64,000 nucleotides of DNA. It comes from Octopus sinensis. Its lineage: Eukaryota. Positions within the stretch are counted from its first letter, which is position 1. The number at the start of each line of letters is the position of its first letter. The translations under genes and the position numbers were made by a program. The notes under the pieces were generated by a model that saw nothing but the letters and a program-made list of their open reading frames with translations, made no database searches and was not told the DNA's origin. The stretch lies in the NCBI RefSeq assembly GCF_006345805.1, contig NC_042997.1, forward strand, positions 123,070,001 to 123,134,000. Direction: 5' to 3'. This document shows, piece after piece, positions 55,649 through 64,000 of the stretch.

Positions 55649-56249
55649 CTGAACAGAAAAAGGGGAAATGTGATCGATAGAATAATGGACGTATCCCCTG
55701 TGTACATTTCGGATACATATATAACATCTGAAAAACTAATTTGTCAAATAGAAGCAAAACATAACACCATTGTTTCAGCTAAGAAGATCTTTTTCACACT
55801 TTATTATACCTTCTAGCATTAAAGAAATAGCATTATTATATTTAATTGCAAGTCTTCCTAGAGTTAAATCTAATTATTAGCAAGCATTCATATCTTAATG
55901 AGTGAAATTGAAACGCTTGTGAATAGCAGAGAGAGTTTGACTGTTCTCTGTGAAGCAGTATTTATATCACACATTCATGAAACTTTTGTTTCACTGCTTT
56001 TCACATTGATTGAATATATTTGATTTATTTTCATTTCTATAATTGTGAAATTGAGAAGGTTTCATTATATTATATTCCATTTAATAGTAGAAGGCTCTGC
56101 TTTGAAATTTCCGGCTTTAATTAGTAATTTCATAATTAAACTGAAATAAGCTGGACATGATTAATCTGATGTGAGGCTGTTTTCGACAACGATCAGCTCG
56201 TGTTTAAGAACTGTTCCTGGAAAGAGAACTAATAGAGAAACGGGTGTGT

Positions 56250-56884
56250 ATATGACTTTGTTATACTGCTGCTATATCTAAATCGATTCATTATCCTGAA
56301 TGAAATGATACCGTCCTGCATCACTGGATATTTAGACTTCCTTGTCTCTGAATCTACAGCTGAAGGTTTTGGCAACCTGTCTGAAGAATATGCACAAATT
56401 TGAAAGAATCATTTTACCTCTACTTCTGAAAAATGATGGTACCGTGAGCACTAATCCCTTCAATAAACCTGTCTTTCTTTGTTACTCATTGTAAAACCAC
56501 ATCTGCATTCACACACTTCGAAGCTTTTGCTAACCATTTCTTCTTCCAACCAACAAAGCTCCTTATACTGCATAAATGCAAATAAACCTCGTAAATATTA
56601 TTGCTTGCACCAATCTAATCAGATCGCCTCTCTTGACAGTGACATTTCCGTTAAATTCAGACATTTAGCATCGGATCTTCACTGCAATTCTTATCAAACA
56701 CTTCAATCGCTCACTGCTGGAATATAGATTCATGTCTGAAATTATACTACATTCTGTCTCTTTCTTAAGAAAGGTCACACATTTCACGCAGCCAACTATC
56801 GTTCTATTGCACTGACTTCTAAGACATTAACATAAATGCAACGTACATTAACAATAATACTTTCCACCGAATTTTAATTTCTAG

Positions 56885-56931
<47 letters not shown>

Positions 56932-58080
56932 TCTGTACTACGTGACTCCCAGTACAGCTTCCGTAAATAGGAACTCACTTATGACCTACTCTCTTATGTT
57001 ACTCATGAGGATGTTCTATATGTATAAAATTTTGGCTAAATTAATCATGTTGCCCTGAATATCTGCAAAACCTTCGTGCATGACTAGCATACGAATCTAC
57101 TTAAAATTCCTACCTATAAGTTCCATCAGTTTTCCTCTTCGGTCGGAAGGAGCCCTTTCCGCCCCACACTCAATAAATTATGATGTGTCAAAGACTTCAG
57201 TATTGCACACCCTTTCTTTTCCTTCTCTCAGTCAATGATCAATTTTCTATCATCTTCAAAGCTGACAATATTTCCACAGTCCAAAGAACACATTGTTTCT
57301 TTCTAATCTTCCCAAACCCCACCTCAACTGCTTGCAATCTGAACACAACATGCCACACATACTGAGTGAATGGAGATCTTGAGAGTTTCCTCCAATGCAT
57401 TCATGCCAATCATATATTTTTTTCAAAAACAAAAAGCACAATTGCTACTCATCTGAAGTAAATTATGTCGCATTACCTAATCGTGGACAGTAGACAAAAA
57501 GGGTGTTCATGATCATTCCATTTGTTAAGATATCCTATTACATAAGCATTTTATTTGGAAAAAAGTTATTTACCTTCTATAGGAATGTATTCATATTTCT
57601 TTTTTTGCAGACTGTATTTTAGAGCCCTTATTTCCAGAGGACAAAGTATTTCAACCTCCAAAATGTTATACTGCTTCACAAAGTATGAGATCCACTGTGT
57701 ACTTTCGTGCCCATATCTGCTACTGATAAATATGCTATACACACAAATACCATAAATTACATTCAGTAAAAGGTTTCTTGAATCGTTGGCAAAACTCTCA
57801 TCTCTCTCCATGCCTGTGCAGCTCTCTCCATTTGCATTCTCTACCGCTATATAAAAATCCTGTTTTCCGCGTTGTTTGGTGTTTTTTTTACTTCTCTTAT
57901 TAGGGCTTTTTGAAACCACATGTTACTCGTCTTCCCATCTATCTTTCTGTGCCCATCACTCCCACATCTCACATTAAACTCAATGATCAGTCTTTCCCTT
58001 CCTCAACATAAAATCTCCAGCCTGTTCTTCTGCTTTCAGCAGGCTTTAACTTGCAACTACTTAAAGTGAAAATTAATGAT
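56250..58080 (+). pseudogene. Old, decayed CR1/L2/Jockey-group LINE RT
   Basis: In order: NYRSIALTS (~56794), DSQYSFRK, VALNICKTF, FLFLLSVND; many indels. Confidence 0.7.
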
Positions 58081-59165
58081 GTCGAAATCACTAAGCTAAA
58101 ATTGTTTTTAAATGCTTATTTAATGCTCTTTACCTTAAGACAGTAAACAATATATGTAATGGAAAAAATAAAGAAAGTAATCGAAGGGGCGATGCGTACT
58201 CTGCGTCCAGGGAATTTTGCAAATTATAGTGTGACTTACTTGCTTTGCTTAACTATGTTTTTTAATTGAACTGAATTAATAATTTTTTTCTTTTTTTTAA
58301 GTATCACCATTATAGATATTTATGCTACGGTAAAATTAAAAAATCAAATCGGAAATAAGCGGCATTACAGAACCAGCTTTCTTGGATGACGACACTTCTG
58401 TAAAAGGAATTTTGTTTTATTGTAACGTATACTGTGCATGCCGAAAGGAATAGCATGTTACTCCATCCAAACGTTAAATTAGTGATGAGAGACTCAAAAG
58501 TATCAATAATTAATTTCATTTTGTAGGTATATTTTAAGAAAATATGGTTTGGAAATCAGATATTCCACTATTTCATTACAAATGAACAAAATTAACTCAA
58601 CTGAACCAATCGTATAAAACTGGCTGAAGAAGCTAAAGTGTGGCTACTTAAGTCGTACGCAAATAACTCTTCATTAAGTGAAATCAATAGTCTTGTAGCA
58701 ATTGCTACTGACTTCTAATGAAAATAAAGGATGATGTCTAGAAATTATAAATTAATCCTTGTTTTTGCTTGGATAATGGAAATTCTTTCTTTGAAAACGT
58801 GGGGAAAAATTTTGAACGTCTTTTGATCTTATAGACTTAATCGCAAAAATCTTAGCAAGATTTGACCATTTGATAAAAAGATTCTTTTTTAGATATACAG
58901 TGAAATTGTTAGGAATAATTTGCATAATTATAAATCTATGCGATATATTTGAAACATTACAATAGAATTCGATGACTGAGTTAAAATTTTATTAGGTATG
59001 TATACAGCTAATTCGGTAACTGAAAATGGTAGCAAACTCATCATTATATCGTGGTCAACGGTATACACAAATACATATAATATAAAATCTTAAAAAGATG
59101 TCCTATGTGAGCGAATATCTATGACATGAGGGCAATGGATCTCAATAAATATACAAGCAGTTTCA

Positions 59166-59938
59166 AGGTGCAGCAGTGGATATGTGGTAAGAAGCTTGCT
59201 TCCCAATCTCATGGCTCCGGGTTCAGTCCTACTGCGTAGTATATTGGGCAAGTATCTTCTACTATAGCCTCGGGCCAACCAAAGTCTTGTAAGTGGATTT
59301 GGTAGACGGAAACTGAAAGAAGCTCGTCGTATATATATATATATATATGATACAAAATGAGACAAGAATGCAAAACATCAGGACAGCTAGGTGATATAAA
59401 AAGGGACAACAAAACATCCAGATAGACGATACAAAGAAAACATGGACAGGTCATTCGAAGTTTTCTTTCCTCAGCCAAGCACCAGATTATCCTCGCAATT
59501 TCGGCAGATTATACTTGAGATTGCTCCAATTTGGCCATCTCCAAGAAAAAAAACTAATCTAAGAGCATTAGATGCCCTGGAAGAAAGCAGCGAATGCATA
59601 GACAAAAAGGACGAAAAAAACGGACAATGTTACACAAATATAAATACAATAAAAATGCAATAAAAATAATAACAGGACATAACAACAGGTGTCTTTCGGC
59701 GAAGGACGAATTGAATTAAGCTGGCGCGTGTATGTATATGTATATATGTTTGTGTGTCCATGTTTGTCCTCTTACCATCGCCTGATAACCGACGTTGGCG
59801 TGTTTACGCCCCCGTAACTTAGCGGTTCTGCAAAATAGACCGATAGAATAGGTACTAGGCTTACAAAGAATAAGGTGGTTCTCAAGCATGGCCGCAGTCA
59901 AATGACTGAAACAAATATAAGATTAAAAGAATAAAAGA
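59166..59938 (+). mobile_element. SINE family A split by an insertion (~59349-59725) in its internal (TA)n
   Basis: Head aggtgcagcagtggatatgtggtaagaagc...agctcgtcg(TA)n; 3' half resumes at ~59726 and ends ggccgcagtcaaatgactgaaacaaa...aaaaga. Confidence 0.85.
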
Positions 59939-62599
59939 AATAGGTCCATCTTTGTCGTTTCTCTGACGCGAACGTCCCCATATTTTACCTCTAGGCTTTC
60001 AATAACAAACACCCTTGACAATTTTGTATTATATCTATTAACGCGAATCCTAAAACCCCTTCTATTTTTGCAACGACTTTGATAATAGTACCTATCAGGA
60101 ACTCATATTAGATTTATAATTCTATATATCATTTTGACAGTCAAGCGCACGGAGCAAAAGCTTCAAATCCATTAAAATGAATAGAAATCGAAAAGTTTAA
60201 ATATGTATTACGCCGACTAAATGTCCATATCATTTTTTGGCTTACAAAGACAAATAGCCACACATTCTGAAGGGTGTTATAGTCGACGTGACTACATATC
60301 ATTGGCATTCTGTTTCCTTCACCCAGGGAAATGAAATTTACGCTGACTCTCTTCAGAATGAATATACACTGAACTAAATATCCTAATGCATGTCATCGTG
60401 CTCTCTAGCGATCTTTGTATTTTACCATCATAACTTACCTAGGGTAATCGTCCTTTTAGTGAAAAACGTGTCAGCTTATTGCTGACATTGTATAAGGAAC
60501 CATTGCCATGCACATTAGATGACTTCTCGCTTTTCGCTTTCGTGAGAGAAAAGACAAATTAACTTCAGTGAATCTTGTACCAAAACCGCTGGAGTATTTA
60601 AAATACAACTAAAATTATTCCTCCTTTGTTTCTACTTGGCCCTGAGCCAAGTTTCAGACAGAACTAGTAAACTGTGCTGTGCAGTTCAATGCGTATCTCT
60701 CTGCCTGGCATCATCTTATACACCGTTTTATTCTAACATGAAAACTGTTTTCTATTTCGTTAAACAACAAAATACAAATCGTTAGCAATCCTTTATTGTT
60801 TTCACCCCTTTTAAGCTCTACTTAATAATTCCATTTAAACAATTACTGATGAATAAATACAAACGAATAAATTCATAGATATGCATTTAGTCTCATATCT
60901 GGTGATTCAAGTGTCTTACCATAATGTTTGCAATTATGGAAAACATTATCATATAGCTCTTTTATCAACTTAAACAAAAGTATGTTATGTATATTGTATG
61001 GAATATTTTTTTTGTATTTAAAAGAGAAAATTAATGCCTTTGAAATAAATAGAATTTCGTTACGGGTCTCTAAATATATTCTTAATGAAACAATGTTATT
61101 AATGATGTAGTCCCTCACAGGCATTTGCATTAAAATAGTGTTGATACCTTATTACCAATAAGTTCATCACATGACCAATTTCGTTGGATAAGCAATGAAA
61201 GAAACAACAGACGAATTAGATCGATTTAAATGCTATGAATATCGATTTTAGGTTTCAAGACAAAAGCACACTAAGAAGAAAAACTTTTCACCAAAGTAAT
61301 CTGCGGAATTTGTATTTTGAGAAAAAATTACGAGAAAAATGAAATTAACATTCTTATGTGTAAAACACTAATTTATGTGTAGAACACTTATTTATGTGTA
61401 TAAAATGCGATAGAACAGCAGCATCAGCATCCTATCCACTGCAGCAAGACACAAATCTAAAATGTTAAAATGAATAGTATTAGATATTAAAGGTCAGAGT
61501 TATATAGCAACTGGGACTCTTCTCTGAAAATTCATTGAATTTCTGATTTCAACAAATAATTAAATGTATGGTGCGATGATTAATAATGATCAAGATAGAG
61601 ATAAGCAACTCATCTCTATTGATGCTTGTGCTCTTGTATTGTTATCTCATTGAAGTTATAGCATGCCATCACATATTGTTTTGATTTGTTCTGGCATATA
61701 ATATCGGGAATTCCTATTGCCAATACTAATCTGAGATGACATCTCGAACTAGCCATTTGTTCGGATGTGAATTCGATTGGAAATACACTTGGAAATTAAT
61801 GCCGGTCGGGAAATTCTTATGATTTAAATTGCATATCTCACTAAATTTGCTACTAATGGAAATTCTCCCTGTGGGAATTCATAACAATTATCTATAGAAC
61901 AATAGGCCATTTATTTTTAGGCCACATTAACATGAATCATCAACCGAGTAAGTATATTTGAAGTTTTGCTCTGACTCCTATAATCTACACCAGTTGTTTA
62001 TTAGAGTTATTTGGAAATTAGTTTGATAATGATCTTTGCTTCACATAGTCATTAGCAGTCCAACACTAATCAGCAGAATGAAGAGAAAGCAGAATTATTT
62101 GTAGTATTCCTACTTGCTGAGACTGTGATGCGATTTCAAATTCTTTCTTTGTGGCATTGTGTTTCATTTGTGAACCTAATTTCATTGAAGGAGTTCTCGT
62201 TTTCCTTCCCTATAACATAGAATTCTCTGTTACAACGCAATTATCATTAAATGGAATATAATTGCAGGATATATAACGAAAGCCATTCGAGTATTTATGT
62301 AGATATCTGAGTTAATAATGGTGTATCATCAACTCATTTGTATTAGAAAGTGTTGGCGTTCTGATAAATCAGGCAGTTAATTCATTTCCTGAAATTACAT
62401 GCAGGGATTTCGCAGCATTTACATGCAAACGATGCAGTTTTAAAGCACTATAATTTCGAATAAGTCGCGATGAAATTCTCTGCTCAACTCTCATAAAATA
62501 ATAGCAATTTCCAATTTCCCGCTTCTCTTTGAAATTATACACTCATAAAATTTATTGCCAATAAAATATTACGTAATTTAAAATAAATATATATATTCT

Positions 62600-62820
62600 T
62601 CTTTTATCTATTATTTGTTTCAGTCATTAGATTGCGGCCACGCTGCTGCATCACGTTGAATAAATGTTAGTCTTATGCATCGAACCCAGCTTTTATTTTC
62701 TTTAAAACTGATACTTATTCTATCAGTCTTTTATAATAAGTAGCGGGAATATAAACACACCAGTACCGGTTGGCAAGCGATTGTGAGAGACAAACACAGA
62801 CATATAGGTACACACACACA
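62600..62820 (-). mobile_element. SINE family A, degenerate 3' half
   Basis: ttgtttcagtcattagattgcggccacgctg...tacttattctatc...gacaaacacagacac. Confidence 0.75.
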
Positions 62821-62822
62821 TC

Positions 62823-62882
<60 letters not shown>

Positions 62883-62929
62883 ACATATATATAAACACAT
62901 ATGTACATGTATACATATGTATATATATA

Positions 62930-63250
62930 TACTTTATAATTAGGGTTTAGCAAAGATTTGCTTCACCACATACCGAAGTTTAGAAATAGCAGTCAAAAAA
63001 CCTTAGCTATTTTTCTACTTTAAAAGGGACTATCAGAAAAACCAAAGTGCTTGAAAACAATCCACACAGGCAAAGAGGAAAAATAACGAAAATCAATCCA
63101 TATTTGGTTACACATGTACGCGCGTTTCGGAATTAGATCGGTATAAAGAATATATAATATATAATTATACTTTACCCAACAATTTTCGACTCTTCAGCAC
63201 GGGATTCCAACAATATTAAATATTAAATATTAAATTCGAAGGCACTGGAA
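62930..63250 (-). mobile_element. PLE terminal fragment with degenerate HHR (63113-63203)
   Basis: Homologous to ~820-1100; minus strand CUGAAGA...UUCC GAAA CGCG CG, with the cleavage triplet lost. Confidence 0.6.
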
Positions 63251-63601
63251 TATTTCTCTCCACCGTAGCATCTTCTCCTCTTCCCTCTCAGCCCGACATG
63301 AAACTTCCCGTGCTCCAGATACCGCTGCAACACCTGCCCCTTCATCACCAACATCACTGCTGTCACCGGCTCCAACCTTTCTTTCCATTCAAAATGTGAC
63401 CGCGTGTGTACCTTTGGCGATTTTTTCCCTCCGTCTTCCCTTCTTTGGATCTTTCCTTTTCCTATGTTTCTGACGAAGAGCTCCGCTCGAAACGTTAAAC
63501 CCTCCTTCTTTCCATCCTTCCTGAGCGTCCAATAATACTATATTTGTTCCACGTCCTCGCGTTGTTATGCTTTCTCTTTGTGTTTTCATGTTTGAATTGA
63601 C

Positions 63602-63602
<1 letters not shown>
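63250..63602 (+). mobile_element. Neptune-type PLE fragment: Zn-linker remnant joined to an HHR-bearing terminal repeat (HHR 63466-63500)
   Basis: 63305-63388 encodes FPCSRYRCNTCPFITNITAVTGSNLSFH; then GUUU CUGACGA A GAGC UCC GCUC GAAA CG UU AAAC. Confidence 0.8.
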
Positions 63603-63641
<39 letters not shown>

Positions 63642-64000
63642 CTAGCAGCTAAACCCAGTTTCACGCGGTCTGTTTGGATGATGTGGCTGCGATCGTTTTT
63701 GGTTAGGCATAATCTATAACACCGTTTCTCAACGTTATCATTTCGGGTCCCATGTTTTAATTGGACCCTCTGACTGTATGAAAATTTCCGGACTTCCCCA
63801 ACCTACTTGACAGAAAACACCTTCAGGAGTTGTAGAAAACTAATTTGTATGTACTCTGTTTCTGAGAGCTATTCCATTGAACCTCTGTCTAATCATTAAA
63901 ACAATGATTTAATTATGAACATAGAAAGACATTATACATTGATCCCTATTTTTTGTAAGCAGTTGTATCCGTAAAAAATGTTATTTGCAGAGAGCAGAAA
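63642..64000 (-). mobile_element. Helitron-type 3' end, running off the window
   Basis: CTAG at 63642-63645 adjoining (TA)n, with subterminal imperfect hairpin acccagtttcacgcggt; same layout as 13450. Confidence 0.6.

Noticed and set aside
60432-60620. Minus-strand AG|GTAAGT donor with upstream open frame
   Set aside because: The longest frame stops at the junction; no coherent exon

Overview
AT-rich eukaryotic non-coding DNA, most likely from an octopod cephalopod (Octopus-like tRNA-derived SINE families; inferred, not verified). It is dominated by (TA)n/(CA)n/(TATG)n/(GATA)n microsatellites that generate most of the listed ORFs as artefacts. No intact protein-coding gene is visible; two possible terminal exons lie on the minus strand (~55.6 kb and ~10.3 kb). 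Recognisable mobile DNA: three SINE families, a decayed Tc1/mariner (maT-like) transposon with TIRs, a 5'-truncated CR1-clade LINE, remnants of RTE, R4-like (REL) and other LINEs, three Helitron-type elements, and many short Penelope-like (PLE) fragments sitting in (TA)n tracts. The most notable signal is about a dozen minimal hammerhead ribozyme (HHR) motifs from several PLE families. Each family has its own palindromic helix-III sequence, and they occur in tandem (290-bp period) and inverted (170-bp arm) arrangements. Coordinates were read by eye, and boundaries of decayed elements are approximate.
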